Under the pieces are notes generated by a model. That model did no database searches. It had not been told where the DNA came from and was given only the letters and a program-made list of their open reading frames with translations. The position numbers and the translations under genes are program-made. DNA of 63,407 bases, filler included, from Pelomyxa schiedti (lineage: Eukaryota; Protista; Evosea), in NCBI GenBank assembly GCA_020536535.1. It is 11 parts of 11 records of this genome, joined end to end, with 100 filler letters (N's around TTAATTAATTAA, not from the genome) between each part and the next. Parts side by side here need not be neighbours in the genome. Positions count along the whole stretch, not along the records: positions 49,165 to 54,262 come from JAHLWZ010000325.1; positions 54,363 to 59,932 come from JAHLWZ010000692.1; positions 60,033 to 61,513 come from JAHLWZ010002477.1; positions 61,614 to 63,407 come from JAHLWZ010002271.1; 7 more parts are not named here. One strand, written 5' to 3'. Positions within the stretch are counted from its first letter, which is position 1. Each line of letters opens with the position of its first letter. This document shows positions 50,635 through 63,330 of this stretch, piece by piece.

Positions 50635-52040
50635 ATGGACACCAACAGCACCTTTTTGTTGTTTTTTACTTCACACCCTTCTTTGCTAGCTGAAATAAAA
50701 GCACTGCGTCTAGCAGCAAACAAGGATGTACCCTCCTTTCGCAGGAAAACAGATGTCTACCAATTTTTGCAGGTTTCTTCTGATTGTGATTAATCGCTTC
50801 TAATCTTTAAAAAGAGCTATAAAAACACAATGGATACTGAGGTGACCTTGCCAGTTTCAACAGCAACAAAAGACACAATGCTCCGTTTCATCAAGATCCA
50901 TGTTTCTGATTTTATTGCACTCTATAAGTCTGAGGTTCTTTATTCACCCTTTTCCTAGCTCTTACTTCGAGATAGTGTGAGAAACAGAAGGAATCTGAAG
51001 ATGACTCCGATTCAATGTCTTCACCCACTCAATCCTCTCATTTGGACCCTCCTTCTGATGGTGAAGTACAACATGAGGCTACCCATACGCAGACAACACA
51101 TGTGGACCTGTCTCCTGTTGGAGAAACACAACAGTATGAGAAAGGCTTTTCTTCCCCCAGTAATTACGCAAACAGGGAGCCCACTAGTTCCACAGAATCG
51201 GCACAACCAGGTTGTGACCCTGTATTGAAATTCTTTCAAGCAGGGGTAGCTGCACTCTCAGAAGAAGACTGTTTACGGCATAATGATGTATGTTTTTACT
51301 TTGAGTGATNNNNNNNNNNNNNNNNNNNNNNNNNNNNNNNNNNNNNNNNNNNNNNNNNNNNNNNNNNNNNNNNNNNNNNNNNNNNNNNNNNNNNNNNNNN
51401 NNNNNNNNNAAACTCTGGTCCCAGGATCGTAGTTGTCTCAGGTGTGGTGTACAATGTATTGCTTGTATAATTGCTGTTGTTTCAAAATGGTTATTCAAAT
51501 TCCAAGGAAAACAACCATACGAGGTGCAGTTAAAAGATCCATTTTATTTTCCAGCCGGTTTTGGTTTGCCTGTATTGTACATCCATTGGGCACCTTCACT
51601 TCATTTACCATTTCTAAGGTGCATTTAACTGGATCATTAGCCGGAGATGCATTGATACCTCTACCTGATCGTACCCAAGAAATACACTCCATAATAAATG
51701 AGTGCACAGATGATGCAGTGAGGCACTATTTAAGGGATAACAGAATGGCCAAGGTAAGTTTTTGTTCTCTGATTCCATGCTAACAGTAAACATAGGATGA
51801 CCTGGCCTGTCACATAAGGTATAAAATTACCCGATGGAATGAGAAACGCCGCCAGTTGAAGGTCAGACATAACTTCTGTACTCTCTCTGATTCGTAGATA
51901 GAAAAGACGCACATCTTCTACAGGAGCTAGTGAGCCCGTGTCAGAGTCTTCTGTCTCCCAGTCATCAGCTGTGCTGGATGCTCAAGCACACCCACATCCT
52001 CCTTCCCAACCACACACAACCACACTGCAACAGTTCTTGT
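50635..52040 (+). CDS. Multi-exon hypothetical gene divergent from the transposase
   Basis: ATG at 50635 with spliceable exons (MDTNSTF...YQFLQ|SYKN...|acidic/Ser-rich). It spans an N gap and the end is uncertain. Confidence 0.35.
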
Positions 52041-52681
52041 CATTAAGTACCCAAAAACTGTGAAAATACAAATTGTTCTAATAGCTCCTTGTTGTGCAAA
52101 GTGGGTGCAAAAATGCCACCAATTGAGAGACCCGAAGTGGGCTCAGGTTGCACCACACAATGGTCCCAAACGGAACCTCCGATAGTACACACCAAGTGCC
52201 CATAAAGAACCCTGTATGGTTCCTCCACACTGGGTGAAAAATGAAGAACCCTCCACCTTCTCCAAAGTGTTATTGCTTTTTCCCACTTTGAGACCCTCAC
52301 TCTGGGGGTAAAGTGGAACCCAACTTGGATCGAGTTTGAAGTCACAGTGTGGTTTCGTTGCAAAGAGGAAGAACAAATAAAATTTAATGCTGTTTGGTGG
52401 GCCGGGGTTGGCTGGTGTGGCGCGTGTCACGCAGGTGGGTGGGAGACTGGTGGTGCGACAGACCTCGCATTTTGGTGTAAGAACGTTCTGTTGTTTGGTA
52501 TCGGTTTTTTTTTTCCTGATGTTGTTTTCTTTGTTTGTTTTTAATTTTATTGCGCTTTATCGCACCCGTCTTTTGTTGTTGTTTCTCGGTTTAGTTTTGT
52601 TTTTTTTTTCCCGAACTGTTGAGGCAACGCTCCAATTTGTTTTGCTTTGTTTTATTTCGTTTTCGTTTAGCTTAGTCTTCT

Positions 52682-52894
52682 TTCTGTTTCTGTTTCTGTT
52701 TTTGTTTTTGTTTTTGTTTTTGTTTTTGTTTTTGTTTTTGTTTTTGTTTTTGTTTTTGTTTTTGTTTTTGTTTTTGTTTTTGTTTTTGTTTTTGTTTTTG
52801 TTTTTGTTCTTGTTCTTGTTCTTGTTCTTGTTCTTGTTCTTGTTCTTGTTCTTGTTCTTGTTCTTGTTCTTGTTCTTGTTCTTGTTCTTGTTCT
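52682..52894. repeat. Compound hexanucleotide microsatellite (TTTCTG)n(TTTTTG)n(TTCTTG)n
   Basis: Seen directly. Confidence 0.97.
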
Positions 52895-52949
52895 CACAAC
52901 AACACAGGTCATTGAAGATTCCATGACGAGGGGAAGGGGCACAGCGGTA

Positions 52950-54030
52950 TGTTTCCATTTCTCTTCTCCGTTTTTCTTTTTCGACTTCTCACATTTGAAA
53001 ACCAGGTGGTGTTGCCAATGTCAGCAGAATGTGTGTGCGGCTCGGCTCCATTCCACCGGTATTCCTCTTCTTGAGTCCCCCTCTAGGTCCTTTTCTGCAC
53101 ATGGTTGGCATTGGGGCCCTCTGTGACTTTCAGCAGCTCAGCCAGCCACTGGTATGGTTTCTTATTTCTTCTTTTTCTCGTTTCACCTTGTACAGTTGGT
53201 GGTGGACTGGACTTGCCATGACAGCCTGTCACCATGGTAAATCCCCCTCTCCCTTTTCATCGTCACCCCAAACTTAAACATAATAGGTATCCCTTACTGA
53301 TGCCACTCAGGGGAATTGCGTGTGCAGCTCTGCTCCGCTTTTCCTCATCAGGTTTTCGCCGAAGTTTCATTGTCTCCCAAGTATGGCCTCACCTCCAATC
53401 CCAGATTTTTTCTTTTCCTGCATTTGTGTGACTCCTCCTTTTTTTTCTTTTTCGATTTCTGCGGCATCCAAGCAAGGCAGACTTGAACTGCAGGTATTTC
53501 TCTGTTTTTCTTTTTCGATTTCTCACACTTGAGACCAGGTGTAGCAGCAACTTGCCAGCTGCTGAGATGAAAGCCTGTCATCACCAAGAAGGTAAATCCC
53601 CCTCTCTCTTTGTATGATCACCCCCACTAAACCATGCAAAGACTGTCCCTGCCCTTTTCTGCATTTCTGGCACTTTGTGACCTCCTTCTGGTTGGTGGCT
53701 TCTTCTTCTTCTTTTTTTTTTTGACTTTTTCTCCAGGCTCAAGATATTATTTAGGTGTAGGCCGACCTGCCTCCTCAATCTATGACCAAGGTACATTCCC
53801 TTTTTAACATCACCCCACTCATCGACAACAGGACCCTGGATGCCAGAAGGGCTGACGAAACAGAGTGAAATGTCAGGCTTTACACCCACTTCACCTTGGC
53901 ACTAACAGCCATTGCCCTTGCTCTCACTCTCTCTCGCTCTCTCTCTCACTCCTACACACCCCACTGGGCTCCTGCACGCTTCCATTCCTGGCCTGAAGTT
54001 GGTTTTCCACTTCAGGCAAAAGAAAAAAAA
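52950..54030 (-). repeat. Dispersed modular repeat, copy 3 (most complete, hairpin at 53991-54017)
   Basis: Reverse-complement match to 47157-48165 and 5630-6310. Confidence 0.88.
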
Positions 54031-54141
54031 TTATTTGCTTTCATAAAGTACATGGGGAGGAGGGGGCTGGAACAGGGACCACCTGGGGACCACTGTGTGT
54101 CCACATTGGGAGCTCCCACATCGCGCCCGTTGTGATTTTAC

Positions 54142-54262
54142 ATGAAGTGGCCAAATGGTGACCAGTTCACAGGGACGTTCATGGTGAGTGGTGATGGTGA
54201 TGGCAAAGCGACATTCCAGAGAGTTGGTGGTGATGGTTCCACAGGTGAAGGCACTTTGAAAA
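54142..54262 (+). pseudogene. MORN-repeat-like coding fragment
   Basis: MKWPNGDQFTGTF...GDGKATF, cut by the contig end. Confidence 0.45.
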
Positions 54263-54362
54263 NNNNNNNNNNNNNNNNNNNNNNNNNNNNNNNNNNNNNN
54301 NNNNNNTTAATTAATTAANNNNNNNNNNNNNNNNNNNNNNNNNNNNNNNNNNNNNNNNNNNN

Positions 54363-54870
54363 GCAATGCCGAGTGCAGTTGAAGTATCTTTCCCCTGGGG
54401 AGACACTCCATGTAGGTCCACCATGAAGACACAGAAGGTCCTCATCATGACCCAAGAAGATATGGTCATCCCGGCCTGTTCAAGGATAACTGAGCGGGTC
54501 CCAGTGAAAGGTGTAAGAGAGGATGTGGTATACAGTATTGACTCAATTAATCATCTAGTCGGTAGAGGCGTGGGTGCATTGGCAAGGGCAGGTACCTTAC
54601 CGCTGTGCTTAATAAACTTTTCCACACAACCAGTTTCCATTCCAAAAGGATCTATCCTGGCAACAGTAAGAGAAATGAACGAGAAGAACATTGCATTCAT
54701 TAACGTACAAGAAGAGGCCAGACATGTAAAAGGAAGCACGGCAACAGCCGCATTCTGTAACTTCAACTGGACCGGTGCTCTCAAGCACTTGCCGGAAACA
54801 GAACAACATATATTATTCCAGATCCTGTCTAAGTTCGCTGAGTTGTTTGTAGATAAGCTGGAGGGAACAC
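54363..54870 (+). mobile_element. Ty3/gypsy pol fragment (region upstream of RT)
   Basis: 54668-54869 is near-identical to 57334-57539, which runs directly into RT. Open frame. Confidence 0.8.
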
Positions 54871-54970
54871 NNNNNNNNNNNNNNNNNNNNNNNNNNNNNN
54901 NNNNNNNNNNNNNNNNNNNNNNNNNNNNNNNNNNNNNNNNNNNNNNNNNNNNNNNNNNNNNNNNNNNNNN

Positions 54971-55148
54971 CAAACAGCATCCTCCCATTCCCGCTCTTCT
55001 TGCCATGGTCAAACTGACCGTGGTAGATGTCACCTGATCCATCAGGTGACACCCACGTGCCACTCCCGTGCCACTGGTTGCTGTACCACTCACCCTCATA
55101 CACCGTCTCCAGTGTTTCGAGCCAGGCCTCTACGTGCCTCCTCTGCAC
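54971..55148 (-). pseudogene. MORN-repeat coding fragment
   Basis: YEGEWYSNQWHGSGTW..PDG..DIYHGQFDHGKKSGNGRM corresponds to two canonical MORN repeats. Confidence 0.75.
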
Positions 55149-56299
55149 TCCCCATCCCGGTCTAAGCTAAAAATTGAGGCAGTGTGGGTGTGACACCTCC
55201 ACAAGGAAGTGCGGCAGGAGGGTTTGGAAAGATGACTTGTGTTTACAACAATGAGGTGGTTGGCGTGGTTGCTGGGTTTTTGATGTGGCATGTGATTTTA
55301 CTATTTTCTTTGGAAAAAACTTGCCACCAAACTCCAAAACAATCACCACACACTCGTGCACCAAGGGTGGGAAAACCACAAAGCACAGTGCCTCATTGGT
55401 AAAATGACCACCCCCAAATCCACTGACACCCCATCAAAACCCCAGTTTTCAGAAATTACGATCAGGACTTGGATGTGGGGCGAATAACAGACATAGAGGA
55501 AGACATTTGGAAGTTCAGATGGCAGAGTGATTCTGAAATATGGGTCAAGTTGCGTGCGGGCAGTGCTTGTCTTGTGTACTTTAGCAAGTACATGAGCTTG
55601 TGCTCTATGGACACTCTGCAGACTCTGTACGAATCTCGACTCTCAAGATCCAATGCAGGCTTGATGGAATTACTGGAATAAGGCAGCGACGATCTTATGA
55701 GGCACAGAACACACTAATGTGGACTGCAGTGGTGATTGATTCTGAGGCAATCTTGACTGAGAATTGGACAACAGTGTGGCTTTGAAGCTAACCACACCTA
55801 ACCGCACCAAATTAATTATCCTTTTCACACGTGCAACCCAAGCACGAGAACAAGCAAGAGAACCTTTACACTCTCACTCTCTTTCATTCTTTTCCCTCTG
55901 TGGGGCTTTATTCTCTTCCCACAGAAGCTAACAGTCTCCAGGGGCTGGTGTTGGAGAGGTGGAAGGCGACAGTTCATGGAACAGATCCAATCACTCTCAG
56001 AGCACAAGACATCGATGGAGTCTCTGACAGTGTATGGCAGTGCCATGCAGGAGGTGTGAAAGTGATGACTTCCCAAAAAAGGGAATCGCGGTGTCGGCAC
56101 AGAGCAACCCACAGAAGTCGGACAACTTCCAGGAATTCCATGGCACCTGACGCTGTGCATCGCGTCCACAGAATACTCAGAATTCATGGGACTCTGGGCT
56201 TATAAGCAACACCACTTTCACTCACCTCAGAACAAGTAAAATAATAAATACATTCTTCTTCCCTTTAAGACTTTAAATGACCACTACAACAACAAGTGC

Positions 56300-58361
56300 A
56301 GCAGTCACTCCCTGTGAGGACGTGCCACTCACATCTGGAGGTGCGGTTTCTGACAGACCTGAATCACGGTCTGGTGACACAGCTGAAGAACATCAGTGAA
56401 GAACACCACCACCAACCCCATTGGCAAATAACCAATCTGGGTATTGGCTCTTTCCAGCCTGTCACACTCCACTCCCAAGCCCGCTTGCAAGAGACAATAT
56501 GGCACTACAGAGAGGGGCACATCAACAAGCACAACACAACAAGACAAGCTGGCAGAGCCACTGGCTGGGAATAAAACAGCAAGCACACAAGGAGGAGCTG
56601 AGGAACTGGGTCTACTGCAGCTGGTGAACCACCAGATAGATGAAAGAATAGCTGCGATGGAGAAGACTCTGACGCAAACATCACTGGGAAGCTGAGTGGA
56701 AGCCGCGTGTTTCTTGCAGCCGTAACACAGAGCAGGGAGATGCCAGAAGAGGAAGAAGAAGAAGCGGAAGAAACCATGTTCTCTATTACACTTCCTAACA
56801 CACACACAACAATGGAGTTCCGATTAGCATCCAAGGATAACAAGAATAAGCTCAAACTACCTGCGTTGGGACCAGAGAACATCAATGTACACCAGTGGCT
56901 GATACACTGTCAGAAGCTCATGGAAGGATTCTCTGAGAACCAAGTTTTGCTGGCACTGTATCATACACTTAAAGGGGAACCAGCAAGTGTGGCTACAAGC
57001 ACTTTCAAGAGTACACAATGTCTCGGACAGCTGATAATAATGAAAGCACTGTTGTTGGAGCAACAGCCAGGACTGGTAACAAGTCAGTCACCTGGGCCAC
57101 TCCCGACAAGCTGGCAGTGGTTTGTGACGCTGGTAACAATGGCAGCGAAGACTGGTAACAGGACAGTCAAAAGCAAGCCTATGATAGCAGTCCACCACGC
57201 AGCTGGTAACAAGGCAGCTGCAGGAAAGATGAACTTCATTAGCTCTCATGAGAAATTTACCCAACCTACTACGAATTAACATCCTTGGACAAGAAAGAGA
57301 AGCCTGCCTAGACTCAGGATCAGGGAATTCTCTCTAAGAGAAATGGACAAGAAGAACATTGCATTCATTAACATACAAGAAGAGGCCAGACATGTAAAAG
57401 GAAGCACGGCAACAGCTGCATTCTGTAACTTCAACTGGACCGGTGCTCTCAAGCACTTGCCGGAAACAGAACAACATATATTATTCCAGATCCTGTCTAA
57501 GTTCGCTGAGTTGTTTGTAGATAAGCTGGAGGGAACACATACCTCAGTCAAAGGCCTAACAAAACATACAATAGACACCACAGATGCGAGGCCAATAACA
57601 GCTTGGGGCCAGAAACTCACGGAAACAGAGCATGTGTACATCAAGGAGGAAGTTGACAAGTACCTCCAACAAGGTGTCATTCGACCCAGTTTCAGTAATT
57701 GGTCAAGCCCAGTGGTACTAGCACCCAAGAAGGATGGCACCCTTCGATTTTGTATCAACTACAGGAGGTTAAATAATATCACCAAAAGGGATGTGTACCC
57801 TCTTCCAAGGATTGAGGAATGCCTTTCCGCCTTGCATGGACAGAAATACTTTACATTGTTAGACTTGGCAAGTGGATATTGGCAGATACCGAGAGGAGAA
57901 GGACAAAGAGAAAACAGCCTTCATCACTAGGAGCGGGTTGTTTGAGTTCAATGTGCTGCACTGAAAGCTGCGCTAGTGCAAGCTCCCATCCTGGGGTACC
58001 TGGACCAAGGTCGGCCCTTCTGGATAGAATCTGATGCGTCAGGCACAGGCATTGGGGCTGTTCTGTTTCAGGTTAGTGAGGGTGCTAGAAGAGAAGTGAT
58101 TGCATACTACAGAGTTCTGAACAGTGCAGAAAGGAATTATGATACAAGAGAGAGAGAGTGCCTGGCTGCCATAGAAGCTAAGACCAGGAAGATTAGCGAG
58201 GTGGTCTCTAACTTTGATTGAGCATAACCCGGAGATCATCCAAGCCAGGAAAATCGCTGGTGGTGCCCCACACACTGTCACACTTCCCACAGAAAGAAGT
58301 CCAACCCCTACTGATGGTGGAGGCTGATACAAGTGCCTTAGCAAGACAGCAAAAGTTGGAC
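56300..58361 (+). mobile_element. Defective Ty3/gypsy retrotransposon copy (gag-like remnant, RT N-terminus fused to RNase H)
   Basis: GVIRPS.SNWSSPVVLAPKKDGTLRFCINYRRLN, YPLPRI, LDLASGYWQI; junction at 57957 into APILGY...IESDASG.GIGAVL. Frameshifts present. Confidence 0.92.
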
Positions 58362-58461
58362 NNNNNNNNNNNNNNNNNNNNNNNNNNNNNNNNNNNNNNN
58401 NNNNNNNNNNNNNNNNNNNNNNNNNNNNNNNNNNNNNNNNNNNNNNNNNNNNNNNNNNNNN

Positions 58462-59932
58462 AATAATATCACCAAAAGGGATGTGTACCCTCTTCCAAGG
58501 ATTGAGGAATGCCTTTCCGCCTTGCATGGACAGAAATACTTTACATTGTTAGACTTGGCAAGTGGATATTGGCAGATACCGATAGAGGAGAAGGACAAAG
58601 AGAAAACAGCCTTCATCACTAGGAGCGGGTTGTTTGAGTTCAATGTGCTCCCTTTTGGTCTCTCAAATGCACCATCCACCTTTCAGCGTGTCATGGACAT
58701 CACGCTGAGTGGACTGCTTTGGGAGGAGTGTATGGTTTACATTGATGACATACTCATATTTGGATCCTCCCTGGAGGAGCACAACAGCCGCCTGACTCGT
58801 GTTCTTGAGCGGCTTTGGGATGCTCACTTGCACATCAAGCTTGCAAAGTGTCAGTTTGCAATGGATCAGCTTCTATACCTGGGGCATGTTGTATCAGCCG
58901 AAGGAATCCACAGTAATCCAGCACTTGTTGCTGCAGTTGAGAGGTTTCCCCAGCCCCAGACTCCAGCAGATGTGCAGAGCTTTGTTGGCCTGGTGGGGTT
59001 TAGCAGGCGATTCATTCCAAACTTTGCATCAATAGCCAGACCCCTGATTGACATGTACAAAAAGAACTCGGACTTTCTNNNNNNNNNNNNNNNNNNNNNN
59101 NNNNNNNNNNNNNNNNNNNNNNNNNNNNNNNNNNNNNNNNNNNNNNNNNNNNNNNNNNNNNNNNNNNNNNNNNNNNNNAGACTCCAGCAGATGTGCAGAG
59201 CTTTGTTGGCCTGGTGGGGTTTAGCAGGCGATTCATTCCAAACTTTGCATCAATAGCCAGACCCCTGATTGACATGTACAAAAAGAACTCGGACTTTCTC
59301 TGGGGGCCAGCCCAACAGGGAGCATTCAAGGCACTGAAAGCTGCGCTAGTGCAAGCTCCCATCCTGGGGTACCCGGACCAAGGTCGGCCCTTCTGGATAG
59401 AATCTGATGCGTCAGGCACAGGCATTGGGGCTGTTCTGTTTCAGGTTAGTGAGGGTGCTAGAAGAGAAGTGATTGCATACTACAGTAGAGTTCTGAACAG
59501 TGCAGAAAGGAATTATGATACAAGAGAGAGAGAGTGCCTGGCTGCCATAGAAGCTAAGACCAGGAAGATTAGCGAGGTGGTCTCTAACTTTGATTGAGCA
59601 TAACCCAGAGATCATCCACAAGCCAGGAAAATCGCTGGTGGTGCCCCACACACTGTCACACTTCCCACAGAAAGAAGTCCAACCCCTACTGATGGTGGAG
59701 GCCGATACAAGCGCCTTAGCAAGACAGCAAAAGTTGGACAGGAGGATACAAGTTATATTGCAGATTCTGCAGGGACAAGAGGATGTCACCGGCGTGGATG
59801 CCAGGTGGATTAGGGAAATCTGGAAGACCAAGGGTGAGTTTGTAGTTGGGGATGAGGGAATACTCTACCGATGGGTGTACACAAACCCAAGAAGGCCGCC
59901 ATGCTTTTGCCTGGTCTTACCAGAGTCCAGGA
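58462..59932 (+). mobile_element. Ty3/gypsy pol: RT (YIDD), RNase H with deletion, start of integrase region
   Basis: KTAFIT..GLFEF.VLPFGLSNAPSTFQR, VYIDDILI, YLGHVVS, FVGLVGF.RRFIPNF, DASGTGIGAVL, RNY..RE.E.LA and (other frame) GRLARWSL.L..HNPEIIHKPGK. Confidence 0.95.
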
Positions 59933-62900
59933 NNNNNNNNNNNNNNNNNNNNNNNNNNNNNNNNNNNNNNNNNNNNTTAATTAATTAANNNNNNNNNNNN
60001 NNNNNNNNNNNNNNNNNNNNNNNNNNNNNNNNATCATATTTGTAGAGGTGCGTGATGGCAGACCTCATCTTTTGTAGAGAGGGATAATGACTGGAAGAGC
60101 AAGAGATATTCTCAGTCAATTGTGTATAACCGGCTAACCACGTAATTTTCTTCTGTCCTTCGTATCTATTCATTCTTTATAGAGCAGCGCCACAGGAACT
60201 TGGGCGGTGCCGAGTGGAGGTAAATCTCACCCTTTGTTTTCAAACACTTATATCACAAAGCGACAACGAATTTCTATGCACAGTATATTTATGCCTGTTG
60301 GAGGAAAGTATATATATAAGTTATCAGCTCTTACTTGTGGCGAGAAAGAATTTGACACCCTCTTTCTCTGTGGACTTCTTCTCGAGCTTCAACGATCAAT
60401 CTGACGGAACGATTCTTGCCAGGCTCAGGTAAGATCAAGTGACAGTCCTCCCTATTTTTTTTACAACTTCTCAGTCACGTTGGTGGAAGTGAATATTCAC
60501 TGCAAGCAAACAGTTCGTTCTGTTTGCCTCAAGAGAGGCCGCAATTAGCAACCATTATTCGCGTATTATCTCTCTGTGTACCTACTTTTTAACAGCTCTG
60601 CAGAGGGACAACGACATTCACCATAAATCTAGGAGAGTCTGTGTGGTTGGAATTTTAACTTAAGAAAGAAAACCTAATTTGTTGTGTGTGAGCACCCTGG
60701 CCCCTTCTGTTCCAAATCTGTTCTGCAATTCGGGTGACTTTCCAAGTCTGTGTTTGCCCTTGGTTCGTACTTCCATCCCTTCACCAGGGATGCACGTGCA
60801 ACCCAAGCACGAGAACAAGCAAGAGAACCTTTACTCTCTTTGTTCTTTCCCTCTGGAAATTTCACCACCTTGTAGTCCCCACGGTACTGTGTTCATTGGG
60901 AATGCACCCCCCTCGTTGAGCGACGGTCGCTGTACAAGACACCCAACCGAGCTCTCAGAACCACTCGGTCCTTCTTGAGAAAAGAGCCAATTGTCAGAAG
61001 GGTTCCTGTCAGCCCTCTTTCGTAACCAGATGGCTGAATAAAAAAAACACCAGACTGCCGATCCTGAGCGATGACAACGAAAATGAGAGCGTTCCGGTCT
61101 GTTGATTATTTTATTCAGCCAGATAATGGAATTGCCGACTCACTTAGATACAAAAGTGCAAATTGGCAGAATCAAAAAAATCGGCGGATGATGAAGAACA
61201 CAGTGGCCAGTACCGTAAGCAAAAAAACGAAAGCACTGTCCCCCCCCAAAAAAACTCCTTTTCAAACGCATCGTCGAGCGTCTGTTCTTTTTTTTGTTAA
61301 AAAAAATTGAAGCCGGAAGAACTGGCCCAAAAGTACAGGCTCTACTCCAAGACCTACGATTTTTCTGTATGAACGACTGCCTCTTCTTTTTTTTTGTTTG
61401 TTTGTTTGTGGCACATCAAACACGAAATCATCATTCACGGCAAAGTGGAAGTGTGAGTGCATCACGTAGTAATAGTATATTAAGGTTGGAGACCTGGTGC
61501 AATGGAAGCCGGGNNNNNNNNNNNNNNNNNNNNNNNNNNNNNNNNNNNNNNNNNNNNTTAATTAATTAANNNNNNNNNNNNNNNNNNNNNNNNNNNNNNN
61601 NNNNNNNNNNNNNTGAGCTCCATCAAGTGCACGAAATGCACGATCCTCCCTCTCCTCCCCTTGTTGATCGACGCACCACCGTCATCATCCTCCCCGTGCT
61701 GTTCGACGTAGTTGTATCCCCCACAACAACAGCAGCCCTTCCTCCCAGCGCCTGGTGGGGACGACGATCCACCCCCAACACAAGGCAAATCGACAAAGTC
61801 ACTGATGGGATACAGCTTGCTCAACCACGAAATGGGGAATTACAAAAAAAAAAAAAAAAAAAAAGAACGGGGTGGTGGACGCGTTGAGTTGAGGTTCAGC
61901 AACACAACACAAACATAGAATTCGATGGATAAATTGAAAGGGGGTCATAGGCTCTTCTTGAATCAAGAAGGCCATTGTTCTCCAGAAGAGTTTCCTCCTC
62001 CTTCGATGAACAACTTCAACTATGCACCACAAACAAGAAAACGTAAAATTTCCGCTATTTGAAGAAGAACTCTCTCCAAAGTATACTTGTGGGTCAATTT
62101 TGGGAATTCTGTTGTCATTAGGGAATTTACTGCATCGAAGAGTTGATGCTGTTTAGAAGAGGGCTGACCAAGGTGATTTGGGGGGAAAAAAAAACATATT
62201 TTTCGTGGTGCGTAACCACACAAATAGGTGGCGTGTTGTTGCGGCCATGGCAAGATGCTAAGGTGTTAGTGGGGAAGCGGATTATTATGGGTGATGATTA
62301 CCGAGGAGTCGGGGTGGGATGTGTGTAGAAAAGATACGAGTATCAGGCAAACAAACTTTCTTAACCGCAATGCGCAGGTGTTTGTGCGTTTCAATTACAT
62401 CGAACGCGTTGTGGGGGAGGCCGGTAAGGCACCCAGGAATAATCGCAAACATTTATGCTGTCGCGGTATGTTGTCCACTCATCCTGTGCTTGTCCGTTTT
62501 TTCTTTTTCGGCTGTGCATCATTCTATTACCTGTTCTCAAACTAAGTATCTTTTAACCTAGGACTGGTCATTTCTTCTCGAGCACGTATTGCGGTTTTCG
62601 CACGCTTGTATTGTTGGGTTGTTGTACACTGCTAGTAACGAGAAAGTCGAACTCTACGTAAACATACTCACGACTGCCCTGGAAAACGCTCTGCGTCACG
62701 TATGGCTTTCTGATGACTGGGGTGTCTACGATCAAAATGGCTACCGCGTGGCCGTCGGGGGATGGCGCCTTTCACGTACAATACGCTGGTTCGAAGACCC
62801 GAGCCAAGTTTTCTGGGATACTGGCCGGCTGGCTCTATCAATGTTGCGTTGTGTGCGGTTCCACTAGCTGCCTTATTGGCCATATGTTTGTTCAAGACGG

Positions 62901-62959
62901 CACAGGGACTGGTGCACCTGTACCGCCTACGACGATCTATTGTCTTGGGGCTGTCGTTG

Positions 62960-63330
62960 TTGATTTACTCTGCCTGCTCTCGTGTGCGTACAGTAGCATT
63001 GGATATTCGTGCAACATTGGAAGCTGCAGTGCTAAGGACATGTTATTGCTTCAACTGCACTCGGCATTTGGCTGTCGCCATTATCAATGCTTCACGATCC
63101 TTTATTTCCTCAACCTGCTCTCGTATACATACAGTAGCGTTGGATATCCGTGTGGTATTGGGTACCAGACTGCTCATGATCTGGTCTTGCTTTACATGCA
63201 GCTGGAAACTGTCTACCACCGTCATCCACGCCATCCCTTCCTGGCTTTGTTGGCTTTTTGCCACTGTAGCATTGTATATCCATGCGGCCTTGGGTGCCTC
63301 AGTGCAAATTACCTCGTCTTGTATCTACCA
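62960..63330. repeat. Three degenerate tandem units of about 135-140 bp
   Basis: Core AC(A/T)GTAGC(A/G)TTG(G/T)ATAT(T/C)C(G/A)TG at about 62989, 63131 and 63263. Confidence 0.7.

Noticed and set aside
52387-52958. Poly-FL, poly-KN and poly-RT ORFs
   Set aside because: They are translations of the hexanucleotide microsatellite.
60033-62560. Short ORFs in the last contigs
   Set aside because: No recognisable domains or consistent exon chain, so they were left unannotated.
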